Of a stretch of 64,000 nucleotides of DNA, positions 38,960-47,673 are shown piece after piece (position 1 is the stretch's first letter; each line of letters begins with the position of its first letter). Source of the stretch: a virus; the IMG/VR virus record IMGVR_UViG_3300025018_000006, positions 1 to 64,000 of that record; one strand, given 5' to 3'. The notes under the pieces are model-generated. The model was not told the origin of the DNA. It was given only the letters and a program-made list of their open reading frames with translations, and made no database searches. Made by a program: the position numbers and the translations under genes.

Positions 38960-41077
38960 TTATAATGTTTTTTTTATGTCCGGATCTGAATTTTCATTTT
39001 CATAAGAATAGCCGGGCCTCCACCTACCTTGACCTTCAGACAATTCTGATGGTGAAAATTTTTTTGTTCCTTTGCTATTTTTATCACTTTTAAGTATAGC
39101 ATTTCCATTTTGATCATGAGTCCATTCCGGATCATCATATTTTGGTGCCATTATTTCTGATGATTTTCTTGGCCTTGTTTTCATGTCATTAATACGCATA
39201 ATTGCATAAGCCAATGCATCAACGCTATCCCAGTCTGTACCTATATATTCTTCATCGTATGCTAATAAATCTCTTAGTAATTGAGGAAAATTACAGAACT
39301 GCACAAAATCCTCTACCCATGATTGAACAACTCCAAGTATTAAAGGTTTAGAATACCCAGTCATTTTTGCTCCAAATTTATGTAATTGCTGACTCTTTGG
39401 AGAATCAAAAGCTTTTGGCCTTGGGGATAAATAAATCCTTCCATCATTTTTCAGATAATGGTCGATGACAAAATCCTGCTCGGCATTACACATGGTATTT
39501 CGTTTAAGTCCGTACCATACCGATATTTTAAGACAGTTGTCATAAAACATTTCTTTCCTTGCCGGTCTCTGATAGTATAAGCATATCGGATATTCAGCTC
39601 TATGTATCCCTTCATTTTCTAAATTTACTTTATTTCCTTGTCTAGCAACAATCATTGCACCCAATGAAGAACCTGATTGTGTCTGATCTTGGTTATATCC
39701 GTCAATACCACCAATATCAAGATCAAGTATATCTTTTCTTGGTTCTTGATAAACCCAAACAATATGTCCTTCAGGATCACCTTTTTTAGCCGGACGTGCC
39801 GTTACTTCCAAAGGCATTTTTCTTCTTTTTATTCCATCCTCATCTATATCATAAACCCAGTCAAGAATCATAGGTTTGTATGAAGTTTTATCACCTTCTA
39901 TATCAAAAAGACGAGAATATATTTTTTCATCATTAAAATTATTGCTTCCACCTGACGTAAAAGCTTCTTCAATTGTTAATGGATAGTTCTGATTATGTTC
40001 TTTTAATTTTTTCTTATTTGGCAACTTTGAATATTCTACCCTTTTTCTTAAAATAAAATCCTGAGCTGCTTCAATATCTTCACATCCTAATCTTTGCCAC
40101 GTTTTATATTTTCTCAAATTTGGAATAGCATCTACTTTTTTCCCATCGTCAGGATCAATTAGATATTCACTTTGCTTGTTTCCAAAAAATGGAAAATAAA
40201 GACGAGTACCAGGTACCCAGAATTTTTCTAATCCATAAGATTCAGCATTATCCCAAAATTCTTTAAAATCTTTTGAAGTTGATAATATATTTCCACCGGT
40301 ACCATAAATATAGAAAGTACCTAATATCTGAGAACCAAATTCAAGTGCAGGTTTAATAGATTCAAATGCCTGGCCAAGAAGTTTAAATTGTCCAGATTCC
40401 TCAAAAACAACATCATGAAAATATTCACCCTCGAGTTTCTTTGGATCGTCATACATTGTTTCAAAGGATAGCCTACCCCCATATCCGTCTTCAACATACC
40501 CGCCGATAGGATCTTTTCTTTCATAACCGACATGAAACATTTTATCATTATCCTTAAGAAAATTTAAACGAAGCTCATCATGAAATTTAGCTTGTGCTGC
40601 ATCAAACTTTTTTCTTAAACCAACCTGATAAGTTTCAAGACCTGCTGCAATAGCACCTCTATATCCTTCAATAAATCTAATACCATGACTAAGAATTGTC
40701 TGAGCTTTTTCAGACGCTCCTTTACGCCTGGCTTTAGGCATTACTATACCAGTCTTTTGATATTTCTTTACATAATCGACTAACTTGTAATATTCTAAAT
40801 CAAGATCTACATACATTGGATATGTCGGGCCTCGAAGACCCTGAAGAATCACAAAGTTTAAAAAAAAATAATACCGGCCAGGAATATGTATCCCTCCGGT
40901 ATCGTAACCATTTAAACAACGGTCAAACTGCTCATCCCAAAATTGTTCATAATCCCGGGTACCGATAACTTTTATATTACTTTTTCCATCGGCATAGATA
41001 GGTATATTACCCGCTACTGGCGATGGATCAAATCCTCTTCTTTTGATTAACGGTGTATATGGTTTCTGAAATCCCAT
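38960..41077 (-). CDS. terL: Terminase large subunit
   Basis: KARRKGAS Walker A, VVFEESG Walker B, YGTGG coupling motif, GIDGY...SLGA and WDSVDA nuclease motifs. Confidence 0.92.
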   Translation of the reverse strand: MGFQKPYTPLIKRRGFDPSPVAGNIPIYADGKSNIKVIGTRDYEQFWDEQFDRCLNGYDTGGIHIPGRYYFFLNFVILQGLRGPTYPMYVDLDLEYYKLVDYVKKYQKTGIVMPKARRKGASEKAQTILSHGIRFIEGYRGAIAAGLETYQVGLRKKFDAAQAKFHDELRLNFLKDNDKMFHVGYERKDPIGGYVEDGYGGRLSFETMYDDPKKLEGEYFHDVVFEESGQFKLLGQAFESIKPALEFGSQILGTFYIYGTGGNILSTSKDFKEFWDNAESYGLEKFWVPGTRLYFPFFGNKQSEYLIDPDDGKKVDAIPNLRKYKTWQRLGCEDIEAAQDFILRKRVEYSKLPNKKKLKEHNQNYPLTIEEAFTSGGSNNFNDEKIYSRLFDIEGDKTSYKPMILDWVYDIDEDGIKRRKMPLEVTARPAKKGDPEGHIVWVYQEPRKDILDLDIGGIDGYNQDQTQSGSSLGAMIVARQGNKVNLENEGIHRAEYPICLYYQRPARKEMFYDNCLKISVWYGLKRNTMCNAEQDFVIDHYLKNDGRIYLSPRPKAFDSPKSQQLHKFGAKMTGYSKPLILGVVQSWVEDFVQFCNFPQLLRDLLAYDEEYIGTDWDSVDALAYAIMRINDMKTRPRKSSEIMAPKYDDPEWTHDQNGNAILKSDKNSKGTKKFSPSELSEGQGRWRPGYSYENENSDPDIKKTL

Positions 41078-41607
41078 TAAGTATTTTTCTTAAAGTCAGC
41101 ATAATCTTTTTGCCTTCTTTGCCACATCTCAATATAACTTAATTTCTTTTGCCCTTTTAACTGAATGTTATCTCCTTCTTCAATATCTAATTCATGCTGC
41201 ATTGACGATACTCTATCCTGCATAAAATTGATCGTTGAATCAATTTCTTTCATTCTTGAAAAAGTAGTATCTGGAGCAATAGATTCTTTTTGAAGCTTTC
41301 GGATCTTTTCAATATAAATATCAATAGTTTCCCTTCTTATATCAAAAACCAATGATTTATAAACATCCATGGCCAGCTGTATTTTCTCTGTCTCTGGATT
41401 CTTTTTCGAATCTCCATAAACATTTTTTCTGGCCATTAACCGGCGTTCCGATATAGGCTTCTTTCTATATGGACCGTCTACATAATCAACAACAAGAATT
41501 ACATAGCGAAGTTCATCGTTATTAAGGTTACTCAATTCCGGAACTAATTTAACAGCATCCGGATTGAGTATAACCTCAAAGTTTTTATCCATTTGAAAAA
41601 CTGCCAT
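41077..41607 (-). CDS. Conserved helical protein upstream of terL (small-terminase candidate)
   Basis: 176 aa, coupled to terL. Confidence 0.45.
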   Translation of the reverse strand: MAVFQMDKNFEVILNPDAVKLVPELSNLNNDELRYVILVVDYVDGPYRKKPISERRLMARKNVYGDSKKNPETEKIQLAMDVYKSLVFDIRRETIDIYIEKIRKLQKESIAPDTTFSRMKEIDSTINFMQDRVSSMQHELDIEEGDNIQLKGQKKLSYIEMWQRRQKDYADFKKNT

Positions 41608-42410
41608 TACCAGTCGTCCTCCTCATAGGTTTCATCTTCCTTTACATTCATTTCAGGTAAAGGTTTCAAAGATTTATGATGTTCAAGCAATGCCTGAGCT
41701 TCATATTTCATGTAAGGAACGGGTATTTTATGTAATTTCAAATGATTATCTACAAACAAAATAGCCATTCTTCCAATTTTTATACCCCACGTTATCTGAG
41801 ACATAAAAGCATAAACGCTTAACTGCAAAGCATAATGATTAAAGTTACAATCTTCCAAATGATCTAATGGCGGTAATAGAAATCTGTTATAGTGCTTGTA
41901 AGGAATTTTCTTTCTTGATACACTATCATATTCTATTCCTTTTGATTCATTGGTTTTGTAATCATAAAAATCAAATACAGTATCTTTACTTCTCTGTCTT
42001 TGAACAACAAGATCACTCATTCCGCTTACCATATATTCCATTGAGTGGATTAAAGCTTCAGGATAATAACGGTATCCCTCTTTAAATATTGGATTTAACT
42101 GAGTTACTACATCATTTAACTTAGGGTCAATCTCTCCGGTTAATAAGTATTTCTCAAGATTATCATGTATCCAGTTACCTCTGTCGATAGATGAATCTCT
42201 TTTTTCATCCCATTGAGCTAATATTTTCTTTTGCTCTGACTTGTCTCCTTTTGCCATAGCAAGAGATATTCCTTGACGATCAAAATGCATTTTTACTTTT
42301 CCAATAACCCTTGTCGTACTAGCTAATTCTTCCCCGAATTTTGTAAAGTATTGGTGAGTATCTTCTTTAAAATAAACGGAGTCGTCTTTATTAAAGATGT
42401 TATCTACCAT
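41607..42410 (-). CDS. PD-(D/E)xK (RecB/Cas4-like) nuclease
   Basis: RGNWIH, SGMSDL, YDYKTN and YALQLSVY motifs. Confidence 0.85.
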   Translation of the reverse strand: MVDNIFNKDDSVYFKEDTHQYFTKFGEELASTTRVIGKVKMHFDRQGISLAMAKGDKSEQKKILAQWDEKRDSSIDRGNWIHDNLEKYLLTGEIDPKLNDVVTQLNPIFKEGYRYYPEALIHSMEYMVSGMSDLVVQRQRSKDTVFDFYDYKTNESKGIEYDSVSRKKIPYKHYNRFLLPPLDHLEDCNFNHYALQLSVYAFMSQITWGIKIGRMAILFVDNHLKLHKIPVPYMKYEAQALLEHHKSLKPLPEMNVKEDETYEEDDW

Positions 42411-43459
42411 TCGTCTGTTCCCTCCTCTTGTTCTTCATCAGGAAGTTCAACACCCATATTCTCTGAATGCTCAAGTAATGTTAAATCAATATTAGCAGCT
42501 TGTTCAGCTTTTGTTTTGTTACGAGGAACATCACCTGTTATGTCTGCCGGTATGTCCGCTGCTGGTGGCCCATAAGGGTTTTTCTTTTCATCGACTGTAA
42601 TATTTTCGGATTCCCCATTGCTATCCTCCTGTTCATAATCAGGTTTATTCTCCTGTAACCCTTTATTCCCACCATTATCGGGATCTGGTTCTGATTGCTC
42701 TTGATCTGATTCTTCTTCTTCAGAATCATCGTTTTTTGCTTCCTGCTGAAGTTTCGCGTCAATAGTGCGAGTACTTTTGTGTAAAACTGATTCATCTTCA
42801 TTGTTATTTTCATTAAGCATTGTATCAGAAGCCTCATTGTCCATCATGATAATGGCTCCACGTTTCATCATATATTCAAAAACTGCTTCAACAATTTCAT
42901 CTTTATTCTTTCCACTTTTAAGCTCTTCCGGAAGTTCTTTTATTGCCTGATCAATAGGAATAGCCTGAGCACGTAAATATCCTGATATTTCTTTAGCAAT
43001 ATTATCAAGCACTGTTTGAGCTTCTGAAAAGAAACCTATATCATCATCAGCTGTGATAAACGGAGTGCTGAATCCCATTTTCTTACCTTCAACTGCTTCA
43101 ATAGTTCCGGTTAATAAAAACCCTTTCTTGGTAGCTTTGGCACCCGTAACACTTATGATGTTCCACAAATACTTTAGCAGAAGATGGACTTTAGATGGTT
43201 CCGCATCTGTAATTGGAAGTATTGAATATGACTGATTATCGTAAAACTTTGAATATGGGGCTATCCAATGTCCGGTTAAATTAAGTAAGAAATATTTGAG
43301 TTTATTGACTTCCTTTTTAAGTTCATCGGAAACCATTACTTTCCTTGTTCTTTTTACATCATCAACAATTTTAAAATGTCCTGATGCAAGGTATTCTTTA
43401 GCCTCAACTACAATACCATCATTACCCTCATTTAAGAGTTTAAATTTCATAATATTCAT
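42404..43459 (-). CDS. Hypothetical protein with acidic disordered C-terminus
   Basis: 351-aa ORF in the operon; ends EEGTDEW. Confidence 0.6.
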   Translation of the reverse strand: MNIMKFKLLNEGNDGIVVEAKEYLASGHFKIVDDVKRTRKVMVSDELKKEVNKLKYFLLNLTGHWIAPYSKFYDNQSYSILPITDAEPSKVHLLLKYLWNIISVTGAKATKKGFLLTGTIEAVEGKKMGFSTPFITADDDIGFFSEAQTVLDNIAKEISGYLRAQAIPIDQAIKELPEELKSGKNKDEIVEAVFEYMMKRGAIIMMDNEASDTMLNENNNEDESVLHKSTRTIDAKLQQEAKNDDSEEEESDQEQSEPDPDNGGNKGLQENKPDYEQEDSNGESENITVDEKKNPYGPPAADIPADITGDVPRNKTKAEQAANIDLTLLEHSENMGVELPDEEQEEGTDEW

Positions 43460-43543
43460 AACGATAACGTTTTATTAATAAAAAAATATAAATACAAATA
43501 TAAAAAAATCCTGGCAATATTTATATATCACCAGGATTAAGGA

Positions 43544-43720
43544 TTAGGAATGTACAAAAATCTTTGATTTTTTAACCGGAGCTTTCTTGAGTTTTTTCTT
43601 CTGCTTAGCGATAATCTTACCGGCATCATTCAATGCTTTGTTTAGATTTTTGTTCTCAGATACAAGATCAAGAATCTTCTCTTCAAGATCTGCTTTTGTC
43701 AATTCTTTTTTTGCTGTCAT
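43544..43720 (-). CDS. Small basic coiled-coil protein (58 aa)
   Basis: MTAKKELTKADLEEKILDLVSENKNL...; AT-rich leader; hairpin downstream. Confidence 0.55.
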   Translation of the reverse strand: MTAKKELTKADLEEKILDLVSENKNLNKALNDAGKIIAKQKKKLKKAPVKKSKIFVHS

Positions 43721-43800
43721 GTTTTAAAACTTTAATTTTTACAATCGATTGTCGATGTAAATTTATTTAAAAATAAATCAATAAACAATAAATCAGTAGT

Positions 43801-44430
43801 TTAAAGTTTCAAATCATCTGCAGTAGGCTCTATCTTATCCTCTGTTTCCGGTACCTTACTTGATGGATATGGATTAGGAGTATTAAGTCTCTTTAAATCC
43901 ATTCCAAGCCACATAATCCCTTCCTGCAATTTGGTAACCGATAAAGATTTTTCACGAGAAGGAAATCTGTCTGCACATTTCTTAACTTCTTGAAGCATAT
44001 TATCAATTCCTTTTCTTAATCCTTTTATCTGAACAATCTCAGATGGTTCGGTAATTTTCTTTTCGGGAGTAAACACATCTACAATGGCTTTGAAAAGAGC
44101 ATCTTTCTTTCTTTGAAATTCCGGTAAGTCATCATAAGGAACAAGGCATGGATGAGTCTTTACTTCAGGATCTTTTTCCTCACCAAGAATCCAACCGTCT
44201 TCAATTTTTTCAATCATCCAATTATCATGCATCTTCTTATCTGTAACAAACGGATTATTCAAACGAAAAGCAACTCCATTATATGCAGATTGCTGCTGCC
44301 ATTTTGGTGCATTATCCCAATCAAACTGTGAAAAATCTCCATTGTTTTCACAATATGCTTTATTTGCCTGATGACAAATTTTAGCTATTTCCAATATAGG
44401 CTCAGGACTAAATACCTCTCTTTTTTCCAT
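43801..44430 (-). CDS. RyR-domain protein fused to an Acb2/Tad1-like helical hairpin
   Basis: HDNWM.EK..DGW..G..KD...KTHPCLVPYDDLP..QR.KD (RyR) plus SREKSLSVTKLQEGIMWL. Confidence 0.7.
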   Translation of the reverse strand: MEKREVFSPEPILEIAKICHQANKAYCENNGDFSQFDWDNAPKWQQQSAYNGVAFRLNNPFVTDKKMHDNWMIEKIEDGWILGEEKDPEVKTHPCLVPYDDLPEFQRKKDALFKAIVDVFTPEKKITEPSEIVQIKGLRKGIDNMLQEVKKCADRFPSREKSLSVTKLQEGIMWLGMDLKRLNTPNPYPSSKVPETEDKIEPTADDLKL

Positions 44431-44434
44431 AATT

Positions 44435-44632
44435 CTATCTTTTATTAGTTAATAATACTGCTAATCCCCATAAAATCACGTCAAATACAGCTGTTGCAAT
44501 ATGCCAGATAAGAATCCACAACAAAGCCGTTCCAAATGTATCAGGTTTAGTTTTGTTAAAAGTAACAATACCTATCACTATCCACATTACTAACATTAAC
44601 GCTGTAAATATACATGATGAATATTCTTTCAT
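44435..44632 (-). CDS. Small two-TM membrane protein
   Basis: 65 aa, hydrophobic. Confidence 0.5.
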   Translation of the reverse strand: MKEYSSCIFTALMLVMWIVIGIVTFNKTKPDTFGTALLWILIWHIATAVFDVILWGLAVLLTNKR

Positions 44633-44641
44633 AATTTTTAT

Positions 44642-44893
44642 TTAATTAATTTTCTCAATAAGTAATTCTGATTTATGCACGTTAGGAGGTCTGAATCCGT
44701 GCTTTCGGAAGTTTACAACAATATCATTCCATTGATCATGCGATAAAACATCTCTCCATTCAGGTTTGTTATGTATTGAACAAAAATGTTTCTTCACACC
44801 TGTCTTTTGTAAGAAAGTTTCATTCTCATCTTTTAATACTAACCTGACTGTAATCGTTGCCAGATTATCGCAGTATCTCTGATCGCATGTCAT
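44642..44893 (-). CDS. Small Zn-binding hypothetical protein
   Basis: CxxxxC ... CxxH. Confidence 0.5.
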   Translation of the reverse strand: MTCDQRYCDNLATITVRLVLKDENETFLQKTGVKKHFCSIHNKPEWRDVLSHDQWNDIVVNFRKHGFRPPNVHKSELLIEKIN

Positions 44894-45270
44894 AAGCTTA
44901 TAATTGAATCGTGAATAGATTTATCGTAATATTTTGTTGCTCCAAACAGATTCATAATCACAGCTTCTTCACACCTCTCTACAAAACCTCTATATCTCCA
45001 CTTGAAGTTTTTAACTCCATACTGTTCTTCTACCTGAAAATTTGTTTTGGAAAGCTGACCTTCTTTAGTCAGATTGGTTATCGCCCGACGAACAGAAGTA
45101 ATCGGTGCCCCGGGAAGAACCTGCTTCTGAATCTCAAACGGAATGAATGATTTACCTTTATTGATATAAAAGAACCACAATATCTTCTCCTGTTGAGCCT
45201 CAGCATTCCGCCGAAGCTTAGTAAGCGACGTACCACTCTCATAAATAGTGTTGTAAAAATCTTCATTCAT
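44890..45270 (-). CDS. Winged-helix DNA-binding protein
   Basis: PITSVRRAITNLTKEGQL recognition helix followed by a wing. Confidence 0.6.
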   Translation of the reverse strand: MNEDFYNTIYESGTSLTKLRRNAEAQQEKILWFFYINKGKSFIPFEIQKQVLPGAPITSVRRAITNLTKEGQLSKTNFQVEEQYGVKNFKWRYRGFVERCEEAVIMNLFGATKYYDKSIHDSIISL

Positions 45271-45395
45271 TTTTTTTGTTCCCCTTTTAAATTTAGCTAA
45301 GATTTACCAGAGAGTAACATAGGAAATGTCACGAACCTACGCTTAGGCAACTCTCTGGAAAATCATTAACCTGTCCTTATGGAAGTAGACATATC

Positions 45396-45794
45396 TTAAT
45401 TCAATAAATGTTCTAATCCCTGATAACCACCCATGTGCTTTTTCTGCACATAAGTATCCTGATTCTTCATGGCAAACATATTCCAACTCCATATATCTTC
45501 AAAGACAATTACACTAACTATCTTTAATGGATTGTTTTTACCACCTGAAAAAGTCCTGATAGACGTTTCAATAACAGTTATCTCACCAAACTCAGGCTTG
45601 AATACACTATTGGCAAAACCCCTAATGTAATCATCTCCCATATTCTCAATCTCACCAACTGCATTGAATATACCCTTTATCCTAAAAGAACGCATCTGTT
45701 CTTTAGTAAATTCTACATCACGAGCCTTTATAGTCCGTAACTCCCTATCAAAATCTTCTTTACCGTAAGTCATACTTTCTTTGTATTTTTCCAT
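45396..45794 (-). CDS. Hypothetical protein
   Basis: 132-aa ORF with ATG and AT-rich leader. Confidence 0.55.
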   Translation of the reverse strand: MEKYKESMTYGKEDFDRELRTIKARDVEFTKEQMRSFRIKGIFNAVGEIENMGDDYIRGFANSVFKPEFGEITVIETSIRTFSGGKNNPLKIVSVIVFEDIWSWNMFAMKNQDTYVQKKHMGGYQGLEHLLN

Positions 45795-45852
45795 TTATAA
45801 ATTGATTTAAAAGTTCGAAAAAGTGAATAACTTCGTTAGTAACAATCACCTT

Positions 45853-46077
45853 TTAATCAACCTCCAAATCATCAAAGTCATCATCATTCCACTTATTAAC
45901 ATCATTCAATCCCTTCAGTAATATCATCCTCTCATAAGCATGATCAGCTAACACATTCCTTATAAATACAGAAAACGGCCTCCTCTTACCTTCCTCATTT
46001 ACCGGACCCTCCTTCTTATGTAAGTAACGAAGCTTGTCCAATAACTCCTGGTCAAAATTAATTAACAGTTTCTTCAT
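45853..46077 (-). CDS. Ribbon-helix-helix (CopG-like) regulator
   Basis: MKKLLINFDQELLDKL...SVFIRNVL pattern. Confidence 0.6.
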   Translation of the reverse strand: MKKLLINFDQELLDKLRYLHKKEGPVNEEGKRRPFSVFIRNVLADHAYERMILLKGLNDVNKWNDDDFDDLEVD

Positions 46078-46081
46078 TAAG

Positions 46082-46113
46082 CAAATATAAACCTCTTTTT
46101 ACTACAAAACAAA
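46082..46113 (-). promoter_or_regulatory. Bacteroidota sigmaA-type promoter (TAnnTTTG -7, TTTG -33)
   Basis: TATATTTG at 46082-46089 on the minus strand with TTTG upstream, just before the RHH gene. Confidence 0.55.
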
Positions 46114-46124
46114 TATTTTAACCT

Positions 46125-46140
46125 AAAAGTATATACTTTT
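46125..46140. promoter_or_regulatory. Perfect 16-bp palindrome AAAAGTATATACTTTT (operator candidate)
   Basis: Direct reading; partial copies at 46166-46177 and 60387-60398. Confidence 0.55.
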
Positions 46141-46313
46141 ACCCCCTTTTCAAATAAGGGCAATTGTATATACTTTTGCCCAGAGAGTAAATACAAGTGC
46201 GCGGGGTAATATTGCTAAATCTCAGCTATTTTGTTCTAAAGATGGGTAGGGGGGGCTTTGTATATATAGAGATGGGGCCCCAAATGAAAAAGAAGAAAAA
46301 TGCTCATTCGTTC

Positions 46314-46440
46314 GATCTAAAAGGTTTTTTTCGCATTTACTCGCTTCGTTTAGTTTAATCAACGAGCTAGTGATGCCATGTTACGTTCTTAACCAACATG
46401 ATTAAACTAAACTCGCTCGTAAATCGCTTGACCTTTTATC
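46314..46440. other. Long imperfect hairpin with TCGCT-containing internal loops
   Basis: GTTTAGTTTAATCA (46348-46361) pairs with TGATTAAACTAAAC (46399-46412); outer stems ATTTAC/GTAAAT and AAAAGGT/ACCTTTT. Confidence 0.75.
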
Positions 46441-46481
46441 TCTCACTCATTCGCTATGGCTGTGCCAGCCATTAGTATAAT

Positions 46482-46501
46482 GGTGTGCTTCGCACGTATA
46501 T
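46482..46501 (+). repeat. 20-bp direct repeat, copy 1, with GTGC-TTC-GCAC mini-hairpin
   Basis: GGTGTGCTTCGCACGTATAT, identical to 47654-47673. Confidence 0.9.
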
Positions 46502-46547
46502 AATTAAGTTATTTATTTCTTTGATTATTCATTTAAACTATATCGTT

Positions 46548-46736
46548 ATGACAACACTTACTAAAGTAGAGAAAAGAGAGCATGATGCTATCATTGCTGA
46601 TGCCACTAATGCCAAGCTTGAGCAGCTAAAGACAAAGCTCAGAGTTACGCCTAAGAATACTACCATGTATAATAGTATTGAAAGGCTAATTAGAGCGAAT
46701 GAAATTCGCTTAATGAAACTAACGCCATGGCAGTAG
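46548..46736 (+). CDS. Small early hypothetical protein
   Basis: ATG 46548 (MTTLTKVEKREHDA...) after an AT-rich leader. Confidence 0.55.
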   Translation: MTTLTKVEKREHDAIIADATNAKLEQLKTKLRVTPKNTTMYNSIERLIRANEIRLMKLTPWQ

Positions 46737-46906
46737 ATAGTAGCAAGATAATCTGGGTTTGTGGAGGCAAATCATTCAATGTGGATGAAATGTACGATAA
46801 ACCCAGGAATCTTTGCTTGTGGTATATAAAGAAACACAAGCAAGACCCACGCTACGTGGGAGGAAAATTGTGTGCCGTCTCAATGATAAATGGTAGGACT
46901 TCATGA
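46727..46906 (+). CDS. Small early hypothetical protein (59 aa)
   Basis: MAVDSSKIIWVCGG...; overlaps the previous stop; ends in a hairpin. Confidence 0.45.
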   Translation: MAVDSSKIIWVCGGKSFNVDEMYDKPRNLCLWYIKKHKQDPRYVGGKLCAVSMINGRTS

Positions 46907-47008
46907 GTTCTACCATTTAATATAAAAAAGTTATTATTTTTCTTGATAATGACTACGAGGGCTTTAGGCAGCTTTGGTAGTCTACGTTTAATTTAAATTA
47001 AATGCCTT

Positions 47009-47584
47009 ATGGATTTTACAAGTTACAAGGTTGCAAAACCTGAATTTCAATCACTCGTCGAGGGCGAACAGATTGTAAGATTGTTAAGAGTTGAAGCTCT
47101 TAATTCTTTCCAACAGTATAATGGCGAGGCTAAGGATAGTCTCCCTGAGTGGGCAAATGCTACTCCTCAGCTTGCTATCACCGTTGTGGCTGCTGAAGAC
47201 GGAAAGAATGGCGGTTTAACACACCGTTTCAATGGTTGTGGTTATCGCAAGTATTCAGAACTTTCCGAGAAAGAACTGAAGAGCGGGAAATATGAGAATA
47301 TTTCTGGTTATGCTTGTTATAAGGATGATGACGGCGACCTCGTTCGTGAAGAAGATGCCATTCGCACCAAATCATGCGAAAATATCGTCAATCAGTTTGC
47401 TGCTGCTCTTCATATCAAAGAAGGAGCTGATCTTATGGATGCTTTGCAAGAGGCAATCCAGGATCAGGTGCGGTTCAGGGCAACTGTCGTAAATGAACCT
47501 TATGAAGGTAAGGATCAAATGCGTATCAGCAGATTCAAAGCTGTAGCCTCTACAGTTACTGCTGAAGCTGAATTTGAAGATTAA
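47009..47584 (+). CDS. Putative ssDNA-binding (OB-fold, DUF669-like) protein
   Basis: Beta-rich 191 aa, acidic aromatic tail AEAEFED, strong terminator downstream. Confidence 0.5.
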   Translation: MDFTSYKVAKPEFQSLVEGEQIVRLLRVEALNSFQQYNGEAKDSLPEWANATPQLAITVVAAEDGKNGGLTHRFNGCGYRKYSELSEKELKSGKYENISGYACYKDDDGDLVREEDAIRTKSCENIVNQFAAALHIKEGADLMDALQEAIQDQVRFRATVVNEPYEGKDQMRISRFKAVASTVTAEAEFED

Positions 47585-47592
47585 GTTCTTCG

Positions 47593-47627
47593 AGCCGTCA
47601 GGTAAAAGCCTGACGGCTTTTTTTTTT
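47593..47627 (+). terminator. Rho-independent terminator
   Basis: AGCCGTCAGG-taaaag-CCTGACGGCT followed by poly-T. Confidence 0.9.
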
Positions 47628-47653
47628 ATAAATAGACGAATGAAGAAAAGAAA

Positions 47654-47673
47654 GGTGTGCTTCGCACGTATAT
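47654..47673 (+). repeat. 20-bp direct repeat, copy 2
   Basis: Identical to 46482-46501. Confidence 0.9.

Noticed and set aside
38960-41077. Intein or intron in terL
   Set aside because: The ORF is continuous and of ordinary length, with no intein splice motifs or homing endonuclease evident.
41607-42410. Cas4-like gene suggesting a CRISPR locus
   Set aside because: No repeat-spacer array or other cas genes seen; such nucleases are common beside terL in crAss-like phages.
46482-47673. 20-bp repeats as a mini-CRISPR or att sites
   Set aside because: Only two copies, ~1.17 kb apart, with genes between them and no integrase nearby; a regulatory role is more plausible.
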